A stretch of 63,975 nucleotides of DNA, the filler included, from Klebsormidium nitens (lineage: Eukaryota; Plantae; Klebsormidiophyceae): the NCBI GenBank assembly GCA_000708835.1. It is 6 parts of 6 records of this genome, joined end to end, with 100 filler letters (N's around TTAATTAATTAA, not from the genome) between each part and the next. Parts side by side here need not be neighbours in the genome. Positions count along the whole stretch, not along the records: positions 1 to 17,160 come from DF237972.1; 5 more parts are not named here. The stretch is one strand, 5' to 3'. Position numbers and translations under genes: made by a program. The notes below the pieces were generated by a model. That model was not told the origin of the DNA, did not search any database, and was given only the letters and a program-made list of their open reading frames with translations. Positions 1 through 11,541 of the stretch are shown here, piece after piece. Each line of letters starts with the position of its first letter. Position 1 is the first letter of the stretch.

Positions 1-818
1 AAAAAGTATCTAACAGTGGGCAATATCCAGACGAGTCAGCTTCTGTGGGTACCGCCCCGGTAGCTAAGGTACCGGAGGTTGGCGCCTGACGTACCCCGTA
101 CGGTCTGACTCAGTGTGTCAGAGCTCTAGTGATAATCAACCGTCCGATCGATGACTGGGCAAGCTTGGGCCGTTCGATGTCCGAGCGTGGTCAAAGGTTC
201 ACATTGCACAATGTTGACACTGCATTGTTGTCTAGTAATTATCTGGTACTCAGGTTCCAAGTTCGGCCTGCATTATGATTATTTAGCTCCTGATCAGACT
301 ACAGAGCTGACATGCATGAGGGCCAGGCGCAACTGGCCCCGGCTTTTCCTGAGTCAACCAAGCGAGGCCACCTAGCTTGGCAGCAAGAAGAAGTGACCAT
401 TGACAATGGCATTGTTGGCACGAGTTGTTGAAATGCCCCACGATCGTCGACGAGCAGGGATGGGAAACTTTTTGTGAATTATGCTTTCTGCGCTGCTGGA
501 CAGCTCAACTGCCAAGTTCCAGAAGTCCTAACCAACCGAGCTGCACAGAAACTTGCCAGGCGCGCCAACCTAGATGCGCTTTTTCCGACAGTCAGGTCCC
601 CTCGAGCCCGCGCCTGCTTGCTGTCAACGAAAGAGCAATCTTCCCGCGTGATGCCGTAATCAGCCAACACAGCGCCCCATTTTACCAGTTGAGTACTTGT
701 CCTCTTGTATAAAAACCCTGAGGGCGCAGAGAAAGCACGTGGATCTTGCTTTCGTCTTCAAGAGCCCAGCTCATGTCGTGCAGGAACAATTTCCAATTGC
801 CATAAACCAAAGCGCATC

Positions 819-3800
819 ATGCAGTCAGTCCCGCTGCAAACCTCCCACTTCCTTGGCCAGCAACGTCTGGTGCGCACTGCAAGCCTTTTGCGCTCATCCG
901 GCGGGCCTGGTCAATCTGCCGGGGGCCATCTCGCTGGTGTGGGGATCAATGCAGCTGCCACCGCAGGCCGTGCTCGCGTCAGCATGAGCTCAGCGGTGGA
1001 GAAGGTTGACGTGGCCATCATTGGCGGGGGCCCCGGCGGCCTCGCCACGGCCAAGGGGATCACCCGGGCGTGCCCGGAGCTGAAAGTGCGCGTGTTTGAA
1101 CGGGCCAAGCTGCGGCCGAGGGGCGCGTCGGTATTCGTGATGCCGAATGGGATGCACGCTTTGGAGGTGAGCCCTCGATGCATCTGTTACCAGCTCAACT
1201 GATCGGTTGGAGGTTTCTGGTTTGAGTCATGCTGGGTCACAGGTCCTTAATTTAAGGAATGCTTGACCAAAGTCTTACTGACCTTGGTTATCAAGAAACC
1301 CTGCCCCACTAGATACGTTTGACCTTCCTCCTTCTTTGATTCCTCTCTTGTCTCAGAGGGACATTTCTGGTTTGCAGCCGTATTTCTTCTCAGTGCGCAC
1401 TTTTATGAGCTCAAGTCCTTCAACGCACGAGATCAGCCTGCGCCTCCATGTGTGCTAGGAGTGAGAACCATAGTGTTGTTGACTGGCTTCATTGGGTTAC
1501 AATGATGCAAGTGGTTCTTCGGAGCAAGGGCGTTCCTGCTGCATCCAATCAAGTGACGCGAGCTGCAAACCCTGGCGGATAAGACAGACAGCCCAAAACC
1601 CCTGCGTTCACCAAGGTTCCTCTCAATAAAGCTTCCCATGATTCACAGCTTTTCATTGGATCGGCACCTGCTTCTGCGTTTGGACCGCTGCTTTTCATGC
1701 AGCCTAGTTGTTACAGACGCCGACTGAATGATTCACAATCTTTGCGCCCGGACCGCCACTTTTCACTCAGCCTGGCTGCTACGGCTGCTGACTGAAATTC
1801 ATGGTGTTAATACCTTCAGGCCCTCGATCCCGAGACCCACGCAAGAGTCTTGGCGCATCACTCGCCGGCAGGTGCGACAGTCACGCGCAATATGGCCGGG
1901 GAGGTCATAGGCGAAGCGGGGGGCGACTCAGTGGCGGCGCCGTTTGCTTCGTATGGTCCGTGCGCGTACCTGCTGTGGGCGTCGCTGCAAAAGGCCCTGG
2001 CAGGTACGTACCCTCTTTGCCTTTGAAAGTACGAGGCATCTTTCATTGTTGTGCGCACCCTCCAGGGCCAAGCGGGAGAACAAAGAAATGAGCGAAGTGG
2101 ATATAACAAGCAGATCAGCGAGCAACAACCTGAAAAATGAACGCAAGAACGTGGTCAAATTTCAGAAGCAAAGACTGCGTGTTACCTGAGTTGGCACACT
2201 CCTGGAGCACCCAAGCCGGGTCGATCAACAATGGTTTCAACTAAGAGTGTCCAAGAGTAGGATTCGCTGCTGTCTTTAGAGGCTGACCAAAGTTTTAGTC
2301 CTGGCAACCCCGGTTATGTCCTGGAAAGCAGCAATCGGACTTGGTCAGTGTCTCCTAGCCCAGTTGCCTAACCCCGTTTTTTGGGTTGGATCTGGACCGT
2401 TGGGATGTTCAGTTGCCTAGAACGAGTGGAGCCTTCACCGCGGTGCCTGATTGATCCAACACCCGATGGCCCCCATCACTGCGCGATGAAAAAGCTCTTC
2501 TCTTTTCAAAGGATGAGAGTGACCCGCCTCTGGACCATTCCCCCAGACTCTCTGCCGGAGGGGGTCCTCGAAACGGAGGTGCGTCTGGGGGACTCGCCCC
2601 CCCGGGACGAAGGGGACCATGTCAGACTGCAAATAGTCTCTGCTGGTAGGAGACCGGACGGAGCGGCGGCGAAGGAGATCGAGGCGCGGGTTAGTATCCA
2701 AATCATTGTCCTGATATTCCAAATGCCAGACTCCAAACTCCATGGGCACAATTCCTGACTACAAACCGCAAACTCTTAATAGCTAACTCCAATTTTCAAA
2801 TGGCAAACTACTTCAACTCCAAACGGCGAATTGCCTGCTGCTCGTGGTAGTTGAACGACTGCGAAGCAGTGGTTTACCAGATTCTGCCTAGTTCCTTCTA
2901 CGGGGAGAGCGCACAACCCGGTGTCAGATTTCGAGCCCTTGCTTGGCAGAGCGCCAATCATAATGAGTATGAGAGTCGAATCACCTCACCGTCGCCTTTT
3001 AGATTGGTCGCCGGACCAGATACGTACCTCTGACTATCTTTGTCAACCCCGCCGCTCTTCTGCTGCACCCGGCCATACCAGGAGCTCATGCTGTTCGACC
3101 GGGATGGAATGAAACCGTCAGCAGCTGGCACAACGGTGGAGATACGGGAGACGTTTACGGGAAAACGCCAGCTGTCTTGTCCCGGGCACTCTTACTGAGT
3201 GGCGGTCCCACTTGTCTTTGCCGCAGGTTGTGGTCGGGGCGGATGGCAACCAGTCGCAGCTGCGGCAGCACATTTTGGGCGACGGCCCGTCCAGTTCCAT
3301 GGGCGTCGGGCTGTTCCGGGCACTTCTCCCGAGGCCCGAGAAGTGGATCGCACCAAACTCAGCCACTATCTGGGCAGGCAAGTAAACCGGGCGCTTTTTG
3401 GGCAGGCGAGTAACTGAAAGAGTTTCGGAGCCACCGTTGAGGGTCAAACACAATCCTCGTAAGTTTTTCAGGATATGAGAGAGAGCGTCGGACAGTTCCG
3501 GGCACTTATCCGAAGGCCCGAGAAGTAGATCGCGCCGATTTCAACCACCGTCGGGGGACTTTTGCCTGCCCAGGTGGTGTTTAGGCCCTCAGCCACTACC
3601 TATGCAGGCAAGTAAACTCAGCCCCTTTTTGGGCAGGCAAGGAAATGGCCATGAATGTTTTTGGTCCACGGCTGAGGGTCTAGACACAACAACCCTACGT
3701 TATTATGGATATGAGACAGCTCCTCCGGTCACTTCTCCCGAGGCCCGAAAAGTGGATCGCACCGAATTCAGCCACTATCTGGGCAGGCAAGTAACTCGAC

Positions 3801-6800
3801 TACTTTCTTTTGGGTCGGCAAGCGCATGGCCGGGGAGCAATCGTCCCACCATCCATCAGGGCCTAAACACAATTCTCGTGCGTCGATAAGGATATGGCGT
3901 TCGACGAGATTTCGTTTAGACGGGTTGCTGGGCCGTTCGGGGCACTTCTTCCGACGGCCGAGATATTGATCGCACCCAACTCAGCCACTATCTGGGCAGG
4001 CAAGTAAAGTCGGCCACTTTTGGGCAGGCAAGCGACTGGCTAAGTAGAATTGTGGTCCTACCGGTGAGAGGGTCGAAACACAGCAATGTACGCTGTTTAT
4101 GAGGATATGAGACAGAGCGTTGGGCTGTTCCGCGCACTTCTCCCCAGCTCTGAGACGAGAATCGCACCGAACTTAGCCACCATCAGGGCAGGCAAGTAAC
4201 CCAGCCACTAAGTATGAAGGCAAGTAAAGTCATCCACTTTCTGGGAAGGCAACTTGTAAAGTCAGCCACTTTTGTGCAGGCAGGTACAATTAGCTACTAT
4301 TTGGGCAGGCAAGAAAACATGGCCACTTTTGGGCAGGCAAGTGAATGGCCGGGAGCGTCTGATTCCGCCGCTTAGGGCCTGAATGGTTTTCTCATACATT
4401 GGTGAGGGTGCGATCCTCGACCAAAGTCGTTTACACAGAGCGTCCGGCCGTTCCGGGCACTTCTCCCAGGGCCCAAAAATAACAAACGCCCCGGATTCAG
4501 CCACTATCTGAGATCAAGACAAGTGTATGGCCTAGGAGTATTTCAAGGTCCCACCGTTGAGGGCTTGGTAATACTGCTCGTACGTTAGTGAAGATGTACC
4601 GCTCGACCAGACTTCTTCAGCGCAAAACCTTGGCTATTATGAGCTCATCATCACAGGAAGCGTTTCCCTTCAACCACGATTGGTTGAAGAACATCGAACC
4701 AGACATGAACCACGGTTGCTTGGTAGCAAGGCAGTTGACCAACCACAAACCAAGCTTGATTGACGCTGATCTCGTCCTGTGTCGCGCCCGTACAGGCCCT
4801 AAGCAGGCTTTCCGTACGGCCGTCTTTCAAGGAGACGTCGCCACGTGGACGGGGATCGTGCCGTGGCCGGCAGAGGAGGAGCACCTGCTACAGGGGCGGG
4901 CGTACATCGCAGGTGAGGGCGAACTAGGATGCCGACAAACTAGGATGGCGTTTGGCTACGGGCCTCTTTTCGTGCGGATTCAGGGGCTTTCTTTTCGAGG
5001 AATTCTTTATACGTACTCTGGTACATCCCATGTCACTTCAGAGGCAATTGGATCAAGAGAGGCGTCCGAGAGACAAGGTGGGGTTAGCAGGGCGGTTAGA
5101 TTAGGTTCGTGTGCGGAGCGCGAAAACTCCGGGTATGGGGATTCTCGTTAAGTGCCCGGGAAACGCCAACCCTAATTTTACCGTTAGTGAAACCCGCTCC
5201 AAACGGTTTCGAAGCACTTTCCCAACCGGGGTCTGACCCGGGCCCCTCTTCCATTACCACAGCAAACGACGCCGGCGAGGGCACACGGTCTGCGCCGAAG
5301 GAGCGCTGCCTCCGGGCGTTCGAAACCGCCTCGGACGCCCTCTTTTTGTTTGCCTTCTTTCTTGTCCCGCTAGGTATAATTGCGGTCCATTTTCCGGTCT
5401 TCGAAACACTTTCTTAACCCTTTTCCATCTTCCTTAACCGCAGCAAACGACGCTGGCGAGGGCGCGCGGTTCTCGCCAAAAGAGCGCTGCCTCCGGGCGT
5501 TCGAGCACTGGCCGGACGCCGTCCGCGGAATCATCGCGGCCACGGACGCGGACTCGATCCTGGTCCACGGACAGAATTACAGGTGCGGTTTTCATCAAGC
5601 GAGAGCCTCAGACGTACTCGAGACCCCTTGTTTTGGGTGTACTTCTTTTCTTGAAGTGCTGGGACCGAAGTCACCTAATTGCGCTGCGCCGATGCGTGGA
5701 TTTGGGCGGTGATGGAATGTAGCGTTCCCTGAAAGGAGGCCGGACAAAAACAACGTCGCAATGCTATAATTGAAGACGAAACTGGAAGAATTTGAACAAA
5801 ATCAACGAAGACAAGAAGTATTCAAATAGAGCGGGCGAATGATACAGTCATTACGAATCTTCTTTTAATAGAACCTATTTCTTTAGTGGGAGGTGCCGTC
5901 GAAAAGCTGTGAAGCGACTGCCGCTGCGAATTGCGTGGAGAGGGGGAATATCGAGCGCTAAAACATCGAATTCAAAAAACCTTGAAAGAAGATAATAATA
6001 CGGTAACTGCATTGGGAAGAGTCAGATTAGGGTGGGGGTTAGGGTGGGGTGGGGTGCGGAGTAGGTTCTTACTTCGCTTCGTTTTTCCGTGTTAGTGCCC
6101 AGGATTTTCTTACTATCTCTGTCTCTTGAGTTTCATTCTAACACCGGCCTGTCCCTAGCACTCCAGCTTACGTCAGCTCGAACACGGTCTTTGGCCCCGA
6201 CGACCGTCTCGAAATCAAGGCACGGCTTCCCGCGCTGAGCAAACAGTTTCGAAATTCTCCCAGTTTGAAAACGGGTTGAATCGTTGCAGGGACCCGGACC
6301 GGTGCACCGTTTGGGGCCGCGGGAGGGCGACCCTCGTGGGCGACGCAGCGCACTTGGGGACGCCCCTTTTGGGCCAGGGGACCAGCCAGGCGTTGGAGGA
6401 CGCCCTTGAGCTCAGTAGGTGAGGAACGCAAAGCGCAAACGCGCCCGAAGGTGCGGCTACTGCGGCAGATTGGTTGTAAATGTAACAGTAGGTCTCAATC
6501 CTGAAACCGGCAGAAAGTAGGTTTGGTCTGGCAGATTCTTTGTAAGCTACGTAAAAGTAGTGCACAATCGGGCAGAGTCCACGTTGAAGAAGTAGCTAGA
6601 AGCAATTCTGCTCTGAAGTTTGGCAGATTCTTGGAGATGACGGAGTGGATTCGAGTGTAGATTCCTTGTAGCGGTGGGATCTTGCGAATAACCCTTCGAA
6701 CAAGCATGCTGCTCTGAATCATGCCGTGTAAGGGTTTCGAATTGTCTCGATCAGGAATGAGTCACGGCTGTGTTGAGTTCCAGATCGCTGCCCAGGGGAC

Positions 6801-7230
6801 ACGTGGGGTGGGTTTGGAGGTTTAGGAATTATATGGGCGCGTCGAGGTGGAGCATGTTCACTTCTGGTTCGGGTTCCATTCCAGTGAAGACCGGGGATTC
6901 CGAGATCGGTCAACATGACAGGCCTAACTCAACGTTAATCTGAGACCTGTAGTGTTTCGGCAAGGCCCGACAACTCTGTCGGACGTGCAATCGCACCAGA
7001 GCCGGCCGTCCGTTCCGCCCAGGTGCATCCACGCCCACGGTGCGACTTCCAGCGCGCTGCGCGCCTACGAGCGCGCGCGGCAGCCGCTCGCGCAGCCGAT
7101 CCAGGCCATCAGCGTGGACCTCTTCAAGCGCTTCCAAGCGGGGGAGAGCTTCCCCCCCGACAACGAGGCGCGGCTCAGCATTGAGCACGGCTTCGTCGCG
7201 CGCTCGTTTCGCCCTCTTCCGGTGGCTTGA
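819..7230 (+). CDS. FAD-dependent monooxygenase (salicylate-hydroxylase / zeaxanthin-epoxidase-like superfamily), probable organellar transit peptide; 8 exons
   Basis: Phase-consistent exons: 819-1166, 1820-2003, 2547-2689, 3227-3377, 4796-4912, 5444-5582, 6290-6418, 7023-7230. The spliced protein has the three family motifs: VAIIGGGPGGL (GxGxxG), VVVGADG (DG) and GRATLVGDAAHLGTPLLGQGTSQALEDALEL (GD), then ALRAYERAR. An alternative start is ATG 984; the 819 start adds an S/R-rich leader. Substrate unknown. Confidence 0.9.
3480..4540 (+). repeat. Intronic tandem array of about 5 decayed copies (roughly 190-320 bp apart) of the exon-4 3' end plus its GC donor
   Basis: The motif CCGGGCACTTCTCCCGAGGCCCGAGAAGTGGATCGCACC...CAGCCACTATCTGGGCAGGCAAGTA lies in the exon at about 3316. 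Variants recur at about 3498, 3725, 3938, 4130 and 4453. Confidence 0.9.
5245..5340 (+). repeat. Partial duplicate of the exon-6 acceptor and 5' half (pseudo-exon)
   Basis: CACAG|CAAACGACGCCGGCGAGGGCACACGGTCTGCGCCGAAGGAGCGCTGCCTCCGGGCGTTCGAA (5263) matches CGCAG|CAAACGACGCTGGCGAGGGCGCGCGGTTCTCGCCAAAAGAGCGCTGCCTCCGGGCGTTCGAG (5444). Confidence 0.9.
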
Positions 7231-7315
7231 CAGCGGCGTTCCGCCCAGCGGCGCGTTCCGCCCTCTGCCTATGGCTTGACAGCGGAGCGTTCCGGCCTCC
7301 GCCCTGGCTTGTACA
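7205..7315 (+). repeat. Short tandem duplications of the stop-codon region of the monooxygenase
   Basis: CGCCCTCTTCCGGTGGCTTGACAGCGG is followed by CGCCCTCTGCCTATGGCTTGACAGCGG and a third, more decayed copy, CGCCCTGGCTTG. Confidence 0.8.
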
Positions 7316-8767
7316 TACTAGAAAAGGGTGTCGAACGGCATTCGATCAACTTGCATTAGGAGACGAGTGCGCTTTTCAGATGGACATTGAAGTCGAAAAC
7401 TGATTGGAAGTTCGGGTAGGCGTTGAAGTCAAAAAGGCATTCGCAAATGATTGGGTTTCGAAGTGTGCATTAAAGTCAAAAGGCGTGTGAAGACAATGGT
7501 AATAGTTTTGCAGGGTTGCGTTACTGTCAAAGATTTTTCGACCTGTGCAGCGACGAGGCTGTAATCTTCGGCGGAAAGCCCTTCTGCCGAGCCTCGGAGT
7601 GACTGCGTTCGACTCAGATTCTAGGACCGAATGGTCGTTTGGAAACAGACACTTAATCTTTAAGTAGTCTCCTGAAAGAGAGAACATGTACCTCATATGT
7701 TCCATTTAAAAGATGAACGATCCGAGTCGTTACCTAACATGCGCATATGTAACGAGAGTGTTTTAGTGCTTCTTAGAAACTTAGAAGATTAAACAGTCAC
7801 TGGCCAAAAACTTGAGCTTTGATTCACATCGACACAATATTGTGCCCGCCAACATCGCCACTGACGTACGTCGGCGGACCCGGCGGTGCAACGTATCTTT
7901 CTTTGATCATGCAATGTGCTTTTTCTGCATGATGAATACGTACGAGAGTGACAAAGCGCCGCGGCGGCTTTGAAGTTCGTTCGTGTTCGTTTTGTGCACA
8001 TTCGTAAAGGTAGGAATCCATTTAGCGCGCCGCCCAAGGGGCATCGCTAATTTGGTGACCATATGTACGTATAAAGAGGCCATTAGCGTTCAGAGACGTC
8101 ATGCAGCTTGCCAGTTGATTTGTATTGAGCGTTGTGCATGATCATGAGTTCAATGCGCCGTACGGTCGAGTCCATCACTGATATATGTATGGTAGCCGCA
8201 TATCACCTAGATAGTAATTCTCGCCGCGATACACGTACATGTGATTTCACATGTGGAACTTAGACCAACAAGTTGTTTCCAACAATGATGCTGATAACAA
8301 AGCTTAAAGCTACTAGTAAGCTAGGCAGGCTGGATCTCAACTTACGATCCAGTCTATACGCTGAAATTGCATATATGCAGATTTGGGCGGCATATACTGT
8401 ATAATAGGACATGCGCCGGCTGCGCTCATGTGCAATAACTTAGTAGCCTAGCTAGATAGTCTTCAGACGTGGTCCGACCGTACGAAGCGGGCGGTTCATC
8501 TTCAAGGCTTGCCAATTTGCCACCGTCATGCGCGCAGAGCTATGCCGATGAGCTGGTGCGCTCATATAGCCTATACACAACATCCCATTCATTTCGCTAT
8601 ACTAACAGGCTTCCGCAAAGTCATATCCATTCATGTCGATTTGACTCCGAACCTCTTGAAATGTATGCTGATTAGGGAATCATTCCATATGCGTGCACAC
8701 GCATGCATATGCTCGCTTTGAGGTGAAAGTCTTCAATCAGAGCAGAAACTGATACTAAACTTGGAGC

Positions 8768-9152
8768 CAGAGGGCGCAGACGCCCAGCCAAAATATGTAG
8801 CGTCCAGTAGCGGGCAGCCCGTATGGGCTCCACCGCGGGCGCGTCCACGAAACTTTGCAGACGTCTTATATGGCCTGTTGGCTACCATTTCCACCCATTT
8901 TCGGGTCAGCTCACCGGGGAGCCCTCAGTGTCAAGGACGAAGTGAACCTATGTCTGACTTTCCCAGCTAAAATGGAAAATCTGGGCAATAAAAAGGACCG
9001 GTGGAATGTCGCCCAAAAATGGCGGAAACTTGTAGAGAACGTTTTGGGACCTAGCCAAGACGTTTTGACCTTGTGGGCGGTTTGGATATGATGATTCCGC
9101 CCGCTTACATTTCTGCTCGCGCCAACATTTTGGCTGGCGTCTGCGCCCTCTG
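8768..9152. mobile_element. Non-autonomous hAT-type MITE (385 bp)
   Basis: Terminal inverted repeat (TIR) CAGAGGGCGCAGACGCC is perfect for 17 bp, then continues imperfectly (AGCCAAAAT). Identical 8-bp TSD CTTGGAGC at 8760-8767 and 9153-9160. An 8-bp TSD with CAG termini is typical of hAT elements. Confidence 0.9.
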
Positions 9153-9505
9153 CTTGGAGCGTCAAGACAAGGAATCCGTTGAGACTCGGAGCTAGGCAAG
9201 CCGCATGTCAGCTTGCGTCCGACCAACATCAAGCTGCACGCCGCCGTTGCATACGAGCCAATTGCAGAGGTACTCTTGACGGGTCATGTGCACATCAGTG
9301 CAATGTTTAACTAGATTCAAAGCAACCACCAATAGGCCGCGGGTCCGACCACACCAAGGTCACTCCTATACATTATGAAATGTCTTCCTATATTACGTAG
9401 GGCTAAGCTTCTAGTTTGCAGGCCTTAATTACAGTCCAATGGACCGTCGGTACAACCGACGTCCCTAAGTACACTTCTGTGTTTGCAACTTGAGCCGCGC
9501 CTCAA

Positions 9506-11541
9506 TCAGCTATCGAAGCCCGTCTCCTGACTCGTTTCAATCTTCCCTTCCTCCTGCTGATCCAAGATCTTGGCAACAATTCGCTCCTCGACTTGCTCTG
9601 TGAGCCGTGCAATCGCAGGCGTAGCGCCATACATGCCGATGATGCACAACCCCTGTTTGTACATGTTGCGCTCCCAGTTCAGTACCCAGCGCGAGTACTC
9701 CTGCCGCCGAAACAGGTCCGGTTCGACCTGTAAGGGTGACGTATGACTGATATCAGCAACCGAGTCTGGTGGTTGTTGACTTCTTCCATGTTAGATCCCT
9801 AAGCAGTGCTAGGCCCTGTCTTTGGTAGGCACGCAGGTGTGCACTGCTCTCCCTTTCAGAAGTGGGTAAACCTGCGCTGTCCACAAGAGCTAACACACTT
9901 CGATTCATATGCAGATCGTGGAAACTTCGGTTACGAGACCTTCATCGAGTCCGCAGAGTCTTGCGCTTTGTCGAAGCGGCTGCCCGTTTCCGGAGGTGCA
10001 CGGCCCTTGTAATACAGGCCGCGCTCCCAATTCGTACCCAGCGATCATAATTCTGCCGCCGAACAACGTTCGCTTCGACCTACCGAAACTCTTTGAGAGC
10101 TGAAGAGAAGGTTTCAAGGACTTCACATAATGCAATCGAAAGCTGACCTCCTGCGAAGCCTTGCAGGCAGCATAAAGTACGTCCCTGCCAAGCAGACTTT
10201 CTGGAGACCGGTTCTAGCGGGTTTCGAAGATGGTCGGGAACAGGCTCTAACCAAGCGTTCAATCGGACCGTTTGTCGCCGAAGCACCAGACAGGCTTTAG
10301 GAGTGATAATCTAGATTTGAGTTGGGTGCCTGTCGTCTGGAACCACAGTCACTTCGAACCACTGAACTTCTATTTTGGCATCCGGTATTCTGACCAGCGA
10401 CAAGAGAGCCAAGCAGCATGACCTTTCCTTTGTCCTCAACCTTCCTGCCGAAGATAGGTCCTTGTCTGAAGTGTTTTGCCGTGGCAAAAGCGGGGAGGAC
10501 TATATCGCACACTCTCTCCTCCCCTCTTACTCAATCAAGCGCTTGGTACGGACACCAAGTTTGATTAAGCGAAACGGAGACTCGACTAAAAAGAGCTTCG
10601 TAACAGAGTGAAGCCTTTACTGACTCACCGCTTTGACGTGAAACTCCATGAGTTCTGGGTAGCTTTGCATGGCGAACTTCGTTTCCTTGAGATCCGTCCG
10701 CCACCGGTGGATCATCCCCCCCACAAACCCAAACGTTGCTCCGCCCTGCAAACGAAAGACGCACATGTTCGTTGATCGGAAGTCTTGAGGTGTCCGTAAG
10801 CAGAGTCGTGAACCACTGTCGAATGTGTGGACGCAAGGTCAAAAGCCAGATTTCGAGTTGTAAAGATAGATATTGATCGCATTTCTTTTGAGAGGAAACC
10901 TTCTTTAGCTTTCTGAAGGAGATCACGGACGTTTGAGTTGAATGTCTCACTAAAGCTCAATCTCGAAGATTCTATTCTTCGAGCCTAGATTAACTCCGAC
11001 TGGATCTGAGCCGTGTATTAGCAGGATTTATGGACCGCATATAGTGGTCTGCCAAAAGAAAGTCTGCACATCGAAGTGGGACCGTAGAAACACCCCCTCT
11101 AAACATGACTACTGAAGGCCTCTGACGAGGTGCGGCGCTTTTGACTTCCCTAAAAACCTACGAGGACGAAAGGGCATGTATTGGACTACAGCATCATGGT
11201 CCTTTTAAGATTCAGGGGATCGACCACACTGACTTGTGTATGTTAAGGGAATCACGGAAAGCGATACGCTCTGTGTTGAAGGCGCAAGTGATACGACCTC
11301 TGAAATACTTTATCCTCAGAGAGGTATTGCGACGACCAGTCCTACAGCTGATGTACCGAAGCTGGGCAAGGAAAAACGGTGCTTAAGTGTGGTCTCGGGA
11401 GGACGAGCTACTGGGGATGCTCGCCAGAAACGGCAGTCCTGGTCCAAGCAACATCATGCTGACCGCCCCAAAGCAGAAGGAAGCGGCGACAGAAACCTGC
11501 ATGAGCGCCATTCCATCCATAAGACGGGCCTGATCCAGAAG
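9506..11541 (-). CDS. Hypothetical membrane protein (5' end unresolved)
   Basis: Phase-0 exons 10745-10629 (GGATFGFVGGMIHRWRTDLKETKFAMQSYPELMEFHVKA) and 9727-9506 (VEPDLFRRQEYSRWVLNWERNMYKQGLC...GFDS*) have canonical AG/GT boundaries. A probable upstream exon 11541-11464 (LLDQARLMDGMALMQVSVAASFCFGA) completes a hydrophobic helix. No family recognised. Confidence 0.6.

Noticed and set aside
1167-1180. GCCCTCGAT just after the intron-1 donor matches the start of exon 2
   Set aside because: Only 9 bp. It could hint at intron origin by duplication but cannot be told apart from chance.
3300-4540. Repeat array considered as a CRISPR-like locus
   Set aside because: Units are long, degenerate and derived from the host exon. 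There are no constant-length unique spacers and no cas genes, and the context is eukaryotic.
7376-8720. Short ORFs and CATG/ATAT-rich palindromic motifs in the intergenic region
   Set aside because: No splice-consistent coding signal and no TIR/TSD pair found. No tRNA or rRNA genes were recognised anywhere in the window.
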